This document shows positions 38,201 through 51,776 of a stretch of DNA of 64,000 bases, piece after piece. Made by a program: the position numbers and the translations under genes. The number at the start of each line of letters is the position of its first letter. Within the stretch, counting starts at the first letter, position 1. This DNA comes from Octopus sinensis. Lineage: Eukaryota. Below the pieces are notes generated by a model. The model had not been told where the DNA came from and searched no databases. It was given only the letters and a program-made list of their open reading frames with translations. The stretch is from the NCBI RefSeq assembly GCF_006345805.1, contig NC_043003.1, positions 90,210,001 through 90,274,000 of the forward strand, written 5' to 3'.

Positions 38201-38979
38201 TGCATACAGGTACGTCTTCTGCATCCTTCTTCAGCTGAGTGACTCCAATCTTGCGAGCTCATGGGTGCTGGTGCTATATAAAAAGTACCCGTGCCAGTAC
38301 TGTGTGAAAGCACCTAGTACACTCTGTTGAGTGATTGGCGTTAAGAAGGAGATCCAGCCACAAAAACCATGCCAAAATAGACATGGAGCCTGGACAGCTC
38401 TTCAGCTGGCCAGCTCTGGTCAAATCATCCAACTCATGTCAACATAGAAAATGGATGTAAAATGATGATATTGTCAGTAGTTTGTTTATCCAGAAAAGAA
38501 GCACACTTTAAAGTATTAGATCAGTAATATATTTTTTAGGAGGTTAAATGTTATGGTTGGTCAATGGGTAACCATTGGTTTCGTGCCTATAAAGTGCTTA
38601 GCAGTATAGGCAACTGAAGGAAGAAATATGTCATGATCAGCTAGTTATGTAAACAAAAGATATTTATCCATGCAGGAGTGCAGCAGGTGGGATGGGGTTG
38701 TCCCCTTTACATTGAAGGAGCTGCAGTGGGCCTATTCAATGAATTGGGAATTCCAAGTTTGTTGCTTCAAGTTTCCTACTACAAATCCTGTCCCACTTGC
38801 AGCTTCCCTGGACGGACAAATAGTTTTTTTTTACAAAACTAACTGACCATGATGTATGTCTCCCTCCAGTCACTGAAAGATTATCCACTTTTGCTATTTG
38901 AGTCTGACGAGTCACCTATACTACTAAGAGCATTACAGGTGCAAAACCAACACACATATTTACAAACATGTGTGTGTAT

Positions 38980-39032
<53 letters not shown>

Positions 39033-39542
39033 TACACACAGTCATACAAGCACACACAAGCAAACATTTGCTCATACTGATAGTTTATTCCCCAATCCTA
39101 AATCTGCATATAATATTAAAACAAAGTAGTTCTTCTGAAAATAATTTATTGGAGACTAGACTGGAAACAGTCTTCTTACTAAATCTAATCACCTCTAATT
39201 ACTCCCTACTGCCCTCAAAAAAAAAAAAAAATGATACATGATATATTGTCTGCATAAAAAAAAATAAAAGAATAAGATAAAGTAAAAGAAAAGAGATGGG
39301 ATAGCAGCCATAACTTGAACACTTGATCATAAGTGTATTTGATCAATACTGATCTGAACTGAAAAAAGATATAAGATTTGTTTCTGTTTACAAGCCATTC
39401 GTCATAATTTTAAATTGGGAGTGTACTTATTCATAACACAGCTTATTTTATATCTTTGTCTTATATCAGAGCTACTGATTGTTGCTCCCAATTCACTTGA
39501 GCAAAACACGTTGACAGTTGTGTAAAGAGTATATATTGAAAC

Positions 39543-39858
39543 ATGAGGGGTTGGTCATCAAAAAAATCTCTGCTGGCGTGTTTCCTACTCCTGAATATAT
39601 CCTTAATTCTTTGTAGTGCATATTTAAAATACATCCGCTTTAAACATCGCAGATATCTTAAACAGAGAATAATGAAGAAAGTACATAACATCCATGTACG
39701 TGTACCAGTGGTTCCTGCTCCAGTGGTTCCTACTCCAGTGGTTCCTGCTCCAGTGGTTCCTGTTCCAGTGGTTCCCACACCATTGGTTCATGCTCCAGTT
39801 ATAAAGAAGGATACACGTCCAACTTTGAGAGTCTCTATTATAGAAGATCAACACCAAG
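39543..39858 (+). CDS. First coding exon of UPF0489-like gene B (membrane anchor plus PVVP stalk)
   Basis: ATG, hydrophobic LLACFLLLNISLILCSAYL, ends VSIIEDQHQ (like V-V-E-x-H-H-E); CAAG|GTAGAA donor, phase 1. Confidence 0.72.
39705..39800 (+). repeat. 15-bp coding minisatellite (CCAGTGGTTCCTGCT)x~6
   Basis: Encodes PVVPA/PVVPT/PVVPV repeats. Confidence 0.9.
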
Positions 39859-40062
39859 GTAGAAAAAGATTTTATATTTTTTCTTACCACAAAACCAATG
39901 TATGAATGAACGTGGTGTTTGTATCTGTGTGATGTGCATGCATTTATTTATGTGTATATACATGTACATTCACATATATTTATGTGCATAATATACACAT
40001 ACATATTATCTATATTATATATATAATATAATATATTATAATATATAATATAATATAATATA

Positions 40063-40113
<51 letters not shown>

Positions 40114-40749
40114 ATAATTTTATATTTGGGTAGACACCTTGTAGTATGTTGCTTAAAGCCTGTTCATAGTATTTGGCTACCTGATGTCAACAACAGTATG
40201 AAAATATATTCTCCTGGATTTACTTCAGGAATTTCTTTGTGTCTGTAGAGGAATTCATGAGACTGTTTATTCAAAATCACCATGATCGTTTTGATTCATC
40301 ATGCACCCGTACTTTACTGGTGAGATGCAGTACAATCATTTATCATGCATTATTGGTGTAGATGCATCCCCTCAGGTGACTTTTCAAATAAGTACCTGAT
40401 TTTTTTACGTGCCATTTTCCTATTTCTTATAACAACAAATTTTTTTAGTTAGTGTAGCATTCCGTCTTTCTCTATAATGAACTGAGATAGAATGAAAAAA
40501 TTCTTCTCATATAAGCAATAAAATCATAAAAATATATAATAAATATATAAAGATAAAAAAATAAGGAATCAAAATATACATAGGGTCCTTAGGCTAAATT
40601 TGGCAGTTTACATAAAAGGAAAACACAGTATCCCATCCAAACTTAAAAGTATTTTCAAGATCAAAAAATACCTGCTAGATTATGACTGGGAGATATCAGT
40701 TTACTCAGAGTAGCATCCTTAGTTTCCAACACAGTCTCAAAAGAGCCTT

Positions 40750-41240
40750 AGGACCCAACAAATTCATTCTTCACTGTGTCCCTGGGAAGATCTTTTGACA
40801 ATTTCCTTGAACTTGGTTACCAGCTTGGCTTTGGTGCTGCATGCAGTACAGTTGGTGTTTTTCTCAAACATGCTTCTCACATAGTAATCCATGGGACTAC
40901 AACCAGAGCAATTACAAGGCCAAAAATTGGGGCCGGTGAAGTCATGTAAATTCTCTGACAACCACTTCTAATCCTTTCTGGATTTACAGCAAGGAGCTGA
41001 ATCTTGCTGTCACACACGGCCTTCCAGCAGCAATCCTCTCCAGCCAGTGTTTGACCACCATCCTCAGCAGCTTCACTGCCAGCATCAAGTGGTTCTCTTT
41101 GGCCTTGGTTGTCAGAATTTGTCTCTTGCACCTCTTGTACAAGTGGTAGCAAAAGTTTTCATTCAGGACCAGATTCAATGTGATGGCTCTAACATCCATC
41201 TCTGTAGACTTTTTGCAAGGAATAATGTGTGGATAATGTT
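40750..41240 (-). mobile_element. maT/DD37D-like Tc1-mariner transposase fragment
   Basis: QQDSAPCCKSRK...WLSENLHDF..PNFWP...CSPMDYYV. Confidence 0.7.
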
Positions 41241-41289
41241 GCAGTCAGCCTTTCAATGGCATTCACTATAGTAGCTGGTACTTTGACAT

Positions 41290-41760
41290 GGTATCATGAT
41301 TTTATCACTCATGAGTGAGGCACAGAGTTAAAAGGTTTCTTGTAGTGTAACCATATCATTAAGAGATTATGGCGATATTGCTTGGCTTCCTTAGGGACAG
41401 CTTTGCTGAGGAGAAGCTGTCCAGCATAGCCCCAGACTCCTTTCTTTCCTCCTGCCTGTTCATCACTTATTACATCATTTGTTTGGCAATGGTCATGGAG
41501 AAACATATTCAGACAGCCTGTGTACAGTTTGTTCTTGACATTATGACATGCAATATGCCTATAGCTTTTGGCTTCATGAGTCTCTTTGTTCTTGCGAATA
41601 AGAGTAATCTGTGCAACCGTCAACCAATCTGGTGTATCTAACTCACCATCCATTTCCCTGTAGAACATGAGTTTTTTATACCAGTAGCTTACTATCAGGT
41701 TTCTCCCAAAAGATTTTCCATTCAGCAGTTTTGTAATAATTGTCAGGAGTGTTTCACTGG
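41290..41760 (-). mobile_element. R4/Dong-like RT fragment
   Basis: PDWLTVAQITLIRK...YRHIAC...EQAGGKKG...WLHYKKPFNSVPHS. Confidence 0.78.
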
Positions 41761-43129
41761 TGATGTTATATGTTTTGGGAGAGGTGTTTACTCAGTACTC
41801 ACTTTGTGGGTCATTTAACCATGTTGCATTATGGTTGTGTTCTTTGTTTACATTCCAGATTCCCTGCCAGAATGACTGTAGGTCTTCCTGGGGAGGTGTA
41901 TTTACTGTCCTGATAGTGTGTGTGTGCGCATGCACATGTGTGTGCGTGTGTGTGTGCGCATGTATGTGTGTGTGTCATTATTCTATTTTATTTTGAATTT
42001 TTAAATATTTCACTTTAGAACATTCAGTATGATGCATAGAAGACAACGTAATACTTTTCAGTCATCTGAAGCCCAATGCTTCAGAAGTCAGAGGGCTTGA
42101 GAAACACAAGAAGAAAGTGAGGACAGGCTCCATCTCAGAGACAACAAAATATTGTGGAGTCACAAGAGCAATGAGAAGTAAGATTTCAGTTTGAAACAAC
42201 CAGGTAAACCCACTTGAGGAAATTCAAGACACCAGAGCAGAAACAACAGAAGCCTACAGAAAAGCCCACTTAACTGACCAGGTGTTAACAGAACAAATTC
42301 AAAGCAATGCAGCCAAAAATTCCTGCTCCAGTGAACAGGAAACATCAGAGCAATGACAAATCAGGTTGTTATGCAGAGTGGTGACCAGCAGACTTTAACT
42401 ACGACCTGACTCATAGGCATTACAATAGATGTCTTATGAGTACATTTGTATACAGTATAGATGGGGGCAAAGGCTGGGTGACAACTACTATGTATATATT
42501 TACAAGAAAAGAGCTGACAGTAATTCTTAAATTTCAGCTAATCAGCTAGTTTTGAGAAAGGTTTTTATGGTCTGGGTAGAGGAAAGTATGGTGAGGATAT
42601 TTCTGAGGTATGATAGACAAAGGAGTATTAAAAATGATTTGATGCTCTCTGATAAGATTCATTATATTTAGTGTGAGAATTTTTTGTTATTGTTTAGGGT
42701 CTTTAGGGACTGGGACAGAATAATGTTAACCACTAGTAAAGCAATAACATAAACAATGACTACCTACATCAATACTTGAATTAAATAGCTACCAAGAAAT
42801 ATATTTGAGTATATTATTGTTCATGTTCACTGGAGCATATATTTAAAACTGGTTCTAGAAGATATTAAACAGAGCATATATAGGTCATTCAGAGGTTTGA
42901 ATCAAAGTTTCTTTTAGGTTACTTATGGTACTATAGAAGATCTATCTAAAAAGTAGGTTAAATTCCTCTAAGAAATACTTGAACTGACTTTGAAGAAAGG
43001 AGTGGTTACTCTTACTGTTTCTTTCAGAGGGGAAAAATACTTCTAATCCCTTAACTCTTTAGCATTCAGATTATTCTGTCAAATGTAATGCTTATGTATT
43101 CACAGTTTTGAATTAACCATGCATTATCT

Positions 43130-43620
43130 CATAGTTACGTGACACTAGCATCGGCCACAACTATGTTTTCACATGGCTTGATGAGTCTTCTCAGGCATGG
43201 CATACCACCAAAGATCTTGGTCATTTATCATTTCCTCCATGAGGCCCCAGATTCAAAGAGTGCTTTTTACTTGCCACCTGCATGGATACCTGTTATGTGT
43301 CACTGGCATTGGCCACAATTATGATTTCACTTGGCTTCATCACTACCATCATCATCATAATTTAATTTTGTGTTTTCCATGCTGGTATGGATAGGACAGT
43401 TTGCCAGGAGCTGGCATGTCAGAAGACTACACCAAGCTCTGTTGTCTGTTTTGGTGTCTTTTCTTTGGTTGGATGCCCTCCATAATGCTAACAACTACAG
43501 AGTGTACTGGCTGCTTTTTACGACACCAGCAGCAGTGAAGTTACCAAGTAACTTGCAGGATAAGACCTTTCAATTGGTGGGGAGTAATATTGAGGGACAG
43601 AAAAGGTCATCTCGCATTAG
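43130..43620 (-). mobile_element. RTE 3' tail fragments
   Basis: Reverse-complement tail blocks (GGATGCCCTCCATAATGCTAAC, TTTTCCATGCTGG). Confidence 0.7.
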
Positions 43621-43646
43621 AAGAGAGACATGGCTACCTCAGAAGG

Positions 43647-43730
<84 letters not shown>

Positions 43731-44120
43731 GTAGTGAAGATGTGACAGAGAGGAGGGGGCAGAGGCCATACACTCAAGTTAAAGATTGGAGAGGATGAGT
43801 AGGTGTGTTAGTTCACAAGGTTTCAAAAGGAAAGTGAGAGCTAAAAGTGTGGGAGAAAGGAAGGGATTTAACAGGGGTATATTGTGTGCAGGTAAGTATG
43901 TGAGAAAGTAGAGAAGAATGGAGAGGAGGGAGAAACAGTGGTGGTGAGCATGGGTGAGTTGTGGGAGAAGGAGGGGTCATGGACATGGATTTTAACTTTG
44001 TTGGATGGATCTTCTCAAGCATTTCACCAGTTGCCTCAGTCCTTTATCATCTCCTCTGTGAGGATTGACATACAAACACACAGGTACATTTATGAGTGAA
44101 GGTGTCTGGACATTTATACA

Positions 44121-44154
<34 letters not shown>

Positions 44155-45479
44155 AAAGATAAATACAAACATGTATACATTCTCATATACAAAGAATACA
44201 CCCCATCCCCAAATTGTTGTCAGAGTATTTGTGTAAGTGGAGTCTAGATCAACTAGTTTGTGGGTATTGAGTTCTATAAATTGTGATAATGAAGTCAAAA
44301 TATTTTGGAATGTCTTAACTGAGGAAGGTTTGGGTAATGGATGCATTTCCTATTATGCAAATCTGAAACATACATACTAGATGATTTTAAAATACCACTA
44401 TTTGATTTGACTTCATTACTACAATATCTACATCACATACATTTATATATATGTGTGTGTACTTTCTGACATTTATTTGTAGTACCTCCTATACATAGGT
44501 ATTATCAAACACAGATTTTACCGTATTTGCAAGATGTAGCTTTGTCTAATTTTTGCCAAGGAAAGAAAAGATAAGTTAATATTCGTTTTATTTTCGTCTC
44601 TATTTTTATTTCATTATAATTTCATTGTTGTCTCATTATCATTTCATTTTTATTTCGTATTTGTTTATTCGCAAATCTTTATTCGTTATTCAGAACCTTT
44701 ATTCGTAATTTTTGTATTTTTTTCTCTTTAAAATTTTTTCCCTTAAATGCTTTTTTCCTTAAATGTTTCTTTCCTTAAATGTTTATTCCTTGAGTTTTTA
44801 TTCCTTAACTTTTTATTTTATTTTTTATTCCTTAAATTTTTACTCCTTAAATTTTTAATATTCAGTTATCATTTTTATTTATTATTTGTATTTCTATTCA
44901 TTTGTACATGTTAAGTAAGATTATATTGAAGATATAGAGTATCATCTAAGTATATAAGAGATAGGGGTAGTGAAAAATGTTGAGGAATCCAGACCTGAAG
45001 ATTGGAAGTATGTCGACCCGAGTAAGTACTGAAACTAAATACCTCGTATCTAATCAATACCGACGTACTTTCACGAAACACATGTAGTCTTATAAATGGA
45101 AAATACAGGATTCAGAATATATATAGTTAGTATAAGATTTAATTTTTAACATTTTATGGAGTGGTCGAGTATAAAACCTTTCAGTATTGATTGAGTTGAA
45201 GGTAGTTCTGTCTCTAAAATTACTTTTATATATATATATATATATATATCGACAGGAAATCATAAATCCAAAAGAGAAGTCTATGAGGTTGCCCAGGGTT
45301 TCATATCCATAAAGCGATTAGCTGTAGAGAAGTTTCTTCAGTTCCTAATGGTTGGTGGCCTATAACTTCTTTCCAAAGTGGGGAGAGAAAAGACCTCGTA
45401 GCTAGTTGGCTAGTTGTTGAAAACATGGACAAAAGAGATGGGTTAAGTGCAAGGGATTGTCTCCCTTAGACCACTATCT

Positions 45480-45790
45480 CTAATCGACATTGTCAGCTTG
45501 TAGGTTCCAGAACTTATGTAGGAATCTCCTGAAGCATAAGCAGGGTCTGAAGACTTCTGTCCTGGAATTTAAAATGTTCCCTGGATCAAGGGAGTTCTTT
45601 AATATTCTCTCCCATTCAACTATGCACAGCTTGCAATGCTAGCTCCCATTGATGTAGGAGCCTGGCTTTTCTAGAATCTTCCATTAGATTATGTGTGGAG
45701 TCCCTTCGTTCTTTGGCCACCAAGTTCTGAAGAAATGCCATAAAGTTAAGCACTTTATGGACATGAAACCCAGTGTAATCCCATAGACTG
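45480..45790 (-). mobile_element. Naiad-like PLE GIY-YIG C-terminal fragment
   Basis: WKILEKPGSYINGS*HCKLCIVEWERI...NILNSRTEVFRPC. Confidence 0.7.
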
Positions 45791-46007
45791 GCCAATACTA
45801 TCTTTATCTAACACACACACACACAAATATATAAAAGGTAAAATATTCACCACTTAAAAGTGGCTGTTGTATTAGAACATACAAATACTGCAATATTTTC
45901 CAAGATAGAAAACTCTCATATGGCTATTTGGTGCATAAAAAAACATTATAGCTATTGCCAGTGTTAGACAACCACTGCTATTTCTGCCACACACATTGTG
46001 CATCTCT

Positions 46008-46330
46008 TTCATAATATCCTTGATGAGAATTAAAGACGTATTTACCATTACTGCTAAAAATATAAATAGATCGATAAAAAGACCCTACAAAATATCTTTG
46101 AAAGAAATTGAAAGTTATTTACCATCAATACATATATTAACTATATAGATCGATTGATAGAGAATCCTTTCATAATATCTCTGGCTGAAATTTAAGGTTA
46201 TTTACCATTAGTATTTGCATGATAGATAGATCAATTGATAGGGAGAGACACTTAATTTTTCCGACAGAAATTTAAGGTTATTTACCATTAGTACCTATAA
46301 GATAGATAGATAGGTGATATTATCACGAAA
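46008..46330. repeat. Four degenerate ~80-bp tandem units
   Basis: Recurring AAATTTAAGGTTATTTACCATTA plus GATAGATC. Confidence 0.7.
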
Positions 46331-46444
46331 AGCTTTTCAATTCTGATGGTGAAATTGGTGATGGGGCTGTGAGGGACTGAATAAAATGTAAAGTAGTGTG
46401 TGAGTGGGGTGTATTTGTGTGTGTGCAATCGGTATTTTATGCAC

Positions 46445-46672
46445 AAACAGCATATATTGATTTCAAATTTTGGCAGAAGGCCAGCAATTTCTGGAGAGGG
46501 GGTAAATTGATTATATTGACCCCAGTACTCAACTGGTACTTATTTTATCGACCCCAGATGAATGAAAGGCAAAGTCAACCTCAATGGAATTTGAACTCAG
46601 AATGTGAAGAAGGACAGAATGCCGCTAAGCACTTTGCCTGGTGCACTTATGATTCTGCCAGCTTGCTGCCTT
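46445..46672 (-). mobile_element. tRNA-derived SINE (AGGCAGCAAGCTGGCAGAATC family)
   Basis: Head plus TTGACTTTGCCTTTCAT core; related copies at 51440-51650 and 53670-53862. Confidence 0.8.
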
Positions 46673-47154
46673 AACAGACAGTAAATATTAGAAAATATAA
46701 AATTAATCTAATGCAGTTAACCAATAGTTAATAAGACCTACATGATGAAAAGTAAACAGATGTAAATAAATTTTGTTATTCTTTTCATACACAGAATAAC
46801 AAGCAGATTACCCTAAGAAGTTGGAATTTGGAATTTTCAAAATATTGCAATTCCTGAAATAAAGCATTAGTTGAATGAAGTGTTTGGTGTAAGGTTTGGA
46901 AATGAAACAGAATACTAAAAACAAAATTATGAAAGATTGGAAAATTGGAATTAAGAATTAACGTTCCCCAGCTGGCTACTTTTGAAGATTGTACTTAATG
47001 TTATATGGCACAGAAAATCAGCATCAGTGGGTTATGAGCAGTACTGAGCATGAAACAAATTTGTCTCTTGTAGAGGGTCAGCAGGTGAAGTATTTCCTGA
47101 GCCAAATAAAAAGACCCAACTTTTTGAAATGTATTTTGTCTATTCTATATTTGT

Positions 47155-47770
47155 GAAGGTGTGTGGCTTAGTGGTTAGGGTATTCAGCTCATGATTGTAA
47201 GGGCAAGACACTTTATTTCACGTTGCTCCACTCCATTTAGCTGGTAAAAATGAGTTGTACCAATAATTCAAAGGGTCAGCCTTGTCACAGTCTGTGTCAT
47301 GCTGAATCTCCCTGAGAACTATGTTAAGAGTACATATGTCTGTGGAGTGCTCAGCCACATGCATGTTAATTTCATGAGCAGGTTGTTCCAATGACCGGAT
47401 CAACTGGAACCCTCATTGCCCTAACCAATGGAGTGTCAGTTGGTTCTATATTTTTGAGATTAATATTTTATACTGAGACAAAGAGCTTGGAAAGATTTCC
47501 ATGATTTTAATTAAGAGTTACCTTTTAAGTCTGAAGGTGTTTGGCCCAGTGTTTCAGGTGTTGCACTTATGATCATAAGATAGTAGTTTTGATTCCTGGA
47601 CCAGGTGGTGCATTGTGTTCTTGAGCAAAATATCTCATTTCACATTGCTCCAGTCCATTCAACTGTAAATGAATTCCAACAACACCTGGAAAGTCAACCC
47701 TGAGACAGACCAGCATCCCATTCAGGTGGAGTGTTGTTATCTCAGCCACTGATATGCCATTGAAACTCTG
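47155..47770 (+). mobile_element. Two degenerate tRNA-derived SINEs
   Basis: GTGGCTTAGTGGTTAGGG and TGGCCCAGTG heads followed by GGGCAAGACAC/TTGAGCAAAAT cores. Confidence 0.65.
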
Positions 47771-47956
47771 GTTTATGTTCTCTTGTTGAAACCGTGCAGA
47801 AGTAAGGAGAATTAAGTGTTGAGAAAAGAAATTGAAAGATTAAGCAGACTCAATGTTGGACATTTTGTTTAAATTACAACATATTTCAAACAAAATAGTC
47901 TTATATAGTTGCCAAATCAAAAAAATACATTGTTGTTTACTTTCTTACTTTTTCAG

Positions 47957-48018
47957 CATTATCATACTGGGCTGATGCTCAGAATGCAGGGATTATAAGA
48001 AACGATGGAAACACGTTG
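47957..48018 (+). CDS. Second exon of gene B ((A)LSYWADAQNAGIIRNDGNTL)
   Basis: TTTTTCAG acceptor, GTATGT donor, 62 nt, phase 1 to 0, compatible with both neighbouring exons. Confidence 0.78.
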
Positions 48019-48473
48019 GTATGTCTTTATTAATCTTGTCTGAATTGATAACTATGCTTTCTCAATAGAACTGTACATAACAATTGTGGAAATAATTTTT
48101 AAAGTTCTATCCAAACCATCTAGATGTTTTAATGAAATATTTTTTAACCTTTAGTCTTCACTTAGGCATTGCTGTATTGACTTTCTCATTGTTGATGTCA
48201 TTCCCTATATAGGTGCAAATGTAATTATTTCGCAAATAAATTGCACTTCATATTCAAGGCTCCAATGAAGCAATTAGGGGTTATTCAGGCACTCAGCTAT
48301 GAGTTCACTGCATCTTATAACAGAACAGCTATAAGCCAATGTTGTTCATAAGATAATCTTTTAGTCTTCCATAGACTTAATGCTGCCATAAACTAATGTC
48401 ATTTATTGGGAAATAGACTGGTATATAAATGAGAGATTACTGGGATCCTATGAACATGTAATATATATATATA

Positions 48474-48506
<33 letters not shown>

Positions 48507-48807
48507 ATCTATATATATCAGTATACTTTGTGTTTAGTTTAAAAAAACATAACAGAAAAGAGCAAGCTAGTAAAATATTTCTTCTGTTTCTCCCTTCCTA
48601 TTTGCTTCCATGGCTTTAAAGAAAGCATTCAAGTTATCTGTACATGACTGGATTTGGTAAAAGTTATGTTTTTAAAGAAAAACAAATTTCTAGTTTTATT
48701 GACACACTTATCATTTATGCAAAACTGGATAGATATTTAAGATCTTGGCTCCCACAACAAATTTCTATATTTTTAACCTGATAGATTATGGCAATGTACT
48801 CGCTTTT

Positions 48808-49210
48808 ACTCTTTTACTTGTTTCAGTCATTTGACTGCGGCCATGCTGGAGCACCGCCTTTAGTCGAGCAAATCGACCCTGGAACTTATTCTTTGTAAGC
48901 CCAGTACTTATTCTATCGGTCTCTTTTGCCGAACCGCTAAGTGACGGGGACGTAAACACACCAGCATCAGTTGTCAAGCAATGCTAGGGGGACAAACACA
49001 GACACACAAACATATACACACACATACATATATATATACATATATACAACAGGCTTCTTTCAGTTTCCGTCTACCAAATCCACTCACAAGGCATTGGTCA
49101 GCCCGGGGCTATTGTAGAAGACACTTGCCCAAGATGCCACGCAGTGGGACTGAGCCCGGAACCATATGGTTGGTTAGCAAGCTACTTACCACACAGCCAC
49201 TCCTGCGCCT
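48808..49210 (-). mobile_element. tRNA-derived octopus SINE, full length
   Basis: AGGCGCAGGAGTGGCTGTGTGGTAAGTAGCTTGC head; homologous to 335-767. Confidence 0.85.
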
Positions 49211-49224
49211 ATACACTCTCTCTA

Positions 49225-49269
<45 letters not shown>

Positions 49270-49540
49270 TGGCCGATGCCAGTATCCTCTGACTGGCCCC
49301 CATGCTGGTGGTACGTAAAAAGCACTATCCGAACGTGATTGATGCCAGGCATGTAAAAAAGCATCCACTACACTCTTGGAGTGGTTGGCGTTAGGAAGGG
49401 CATCCAGCTGTAAAAACATTGCCAGATCAGATTGGATCCTGGTGCAGCCACTGGTTCTGCAGACATCAGTCAAACCGTCCAACCCATGCCAGCATGGAAA
49501 ACGGACGTTAAACAATGATGATGATGATGATGATGATGAT
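49270..49540 (+). mobile_element. RTE 3' tail
   Basis: GGAGTGGTTGGCGTTAGGAAGGGCATCCAGC...GGAAAACGGACGTTAAACAATGATG. Confidence 0.85.
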
Positions 49541-51269
49541 ATATGGTGAAGTCTCACATAAATAAATTAAGTTAATGAAAAGTTTTGATCATCTGAGATC
49601 AATCAAGCAATTAGAATTAATGGCAAAATTGTAGTATAATTTTTCAGCTCAATGTCTTAGGTATGTGAGACTTTACAATATATGTGTCTAGTATGCAAAC
49701 ATTTTCCTGAGATGTTTGCTCTCATTAATATTGTTTGTAATTATAATCAAACCCACTATACTCATTACTATTTTTGTGTATATCAATTACTCTTGCATAA
49801 ATTACTTGTGTTAGCAGTGTTAATTTTTCATACTATAGAATATATTCATAGGTTTTACTTCTTTTGTAAATCAATCAAATTTACTAGATTAATAAAACAA
49901 TTGTAAATGTCTGTTCTGTTTGACATAGGCTGCACAATAACCTTAATGACCTAAGAGATGGTTGAAAGTTGGAGTGAAATAACCAGCTTAAGGGTAGTAA
50001 ATGGAAAGAAGATTAAGTGTAAAGGTATTAGTATAGTGGAGATGGTGATACAGAGAATGTCAATGAGAAGCAATTATGAATAACAAGGTTGCGGATAGTG
50101 TTGATATAGTAGAAGGAATGGATGCGATCAGTTGGTAAGATGGGAGTAGAATTGATGGAATGCAGTGTGATGAAGGACAAGATGAGGGTGAGACTAGCAC
50201 CATGAATTTACAAAGGTCACAATGAGAGTGACATCTACGGAGATGGGTGCACAACTTTGAAATAGAATGAGGGTTTTGTGAAGTGATCTTTAAATCAGGA
50301 GGGCTTGTGGTATAGTGGATCATGTACCAAAGATGTCAGGTGAAAGGAAGGAAATGGCTAAGGAATATGATTGGAAGCCAAAAGGAAAATGATGTCAGGT
50401 GAGAAAGAAGGAAATTTGAGAAGCTATTCTAGCTGTTGGGGTCAGCTAGAATGGATGTGTGGTTGAATTTTCTGCATGTTCCAGCTTCTAGCCAGTGGTT
50501 AGGGTAGTGAGGACTCTGAGTTGTATATCAAGTTCAAGCTAGTGATCAAGGAGTTTCCTTCAAATTCACTCTCAGAGATTCAAATAAGAGAATGTCTTTT
50601 AGAATACACATAACAAGACTAATTTCCAGAAAATGTGTTTAATATTAAAATTATTTTGCCTGATTTACCTATAAATGTTACAACTCTGGCTTTAAATGCA
50701 ATTTCACAGAAGCTGGAAGCTGTAAAATGTAGTGTTTGATTACTGCTGTTGATTTAATAAACCAGAAACAGTGGCATCCATTTGATCCAATTTTTGCTGT
50801 ACTTGTTGAGGTTGTTTAAAAAATGTACCTGATGTTTACAGCAGTTTAGTGTATCTAGTAAATTTAACTCATCTATGAAAGCAGTGACAGTACGAAATGT
50901 ATGAATATGCTCCATATTAAAGGCTAAGTATGATCACTTCTAGTTGTGACAAATTAATAGAATATGCTTCCCTGAGGTGAACTACAACTGAAAAAACTTG
51001 GATGTTACTTTTATAAGTTGGTTTTAAACACCAGATGTACTTTTATCTTCTATATTGACTACTTTGTTCAAATTATTTGATAAACTCATCTTATTGCAGT
51101 TATTTCCTTCCTTTGTTATTTTTAGGTTTTAAATGCTTCTAGAAGGAGTTTTTTTGTCTAGTAATTATTTGAATAATTTCAGTTGATCAGTTTTTTAGTT
51201 CACTGAATTCCAGCTTATTCATATGAGCATGGAAAAGTGAACATTAAACAATGATGATGACGACAATGG

Positions 51270-51650
51270 GCTTCTTTCAGTTTCCATCCATAAAATCCAC
51301 TCACGAGACTTCAGTCACCCTGGGGCCATAGTAGCAAGCATTTGCCCAAAGTGTCATGTAGAGACACTCAAAACCATGTGATTGGGAATCAGATTTCTTA
51401 ACCATTCAGCCACACCTCCATCCTTGTATTAGCTGTGAAATATTGATTTCAAATTTTGGCACATGGCCATCAAGTCCAAGCAAGGAAGTAAGTCAATTAC
51501 ACCGACCTCAGTGTTTAACTGATACATATTTTATCAACCCTGAAAAGCAAAGTTGACCTCGGCAAAATTTGAACTCAGAACACAAAGACAGATGAAAAAC
51601 TGCTAAGCATTTCGCCCAGCATGTTAACAATTCTGGCAGCTCACCGCCTT
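51270..51650 (-). mobile_element. Two adjacent SINE fragments
   Basis: Matches to the 48808 and 46445 families. Confidence 0.7.
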
Positions 51651-51776
51651 ATTAGGTGTGAAATATTGTTTAGAGTTTAGTCAAGTGTTGACGAAATTCT
51701 ATATAAACCTTAACTTGCAACACAATCTTTAAGTTCATGTTTTCTGTATCATTTATATTGTATTGATATTTTCCAG

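Noticed and set aside
49950-50560. Possible retroelement coding remnant on the minus strand
   Set aside because: Too decayed to assign a family by eye
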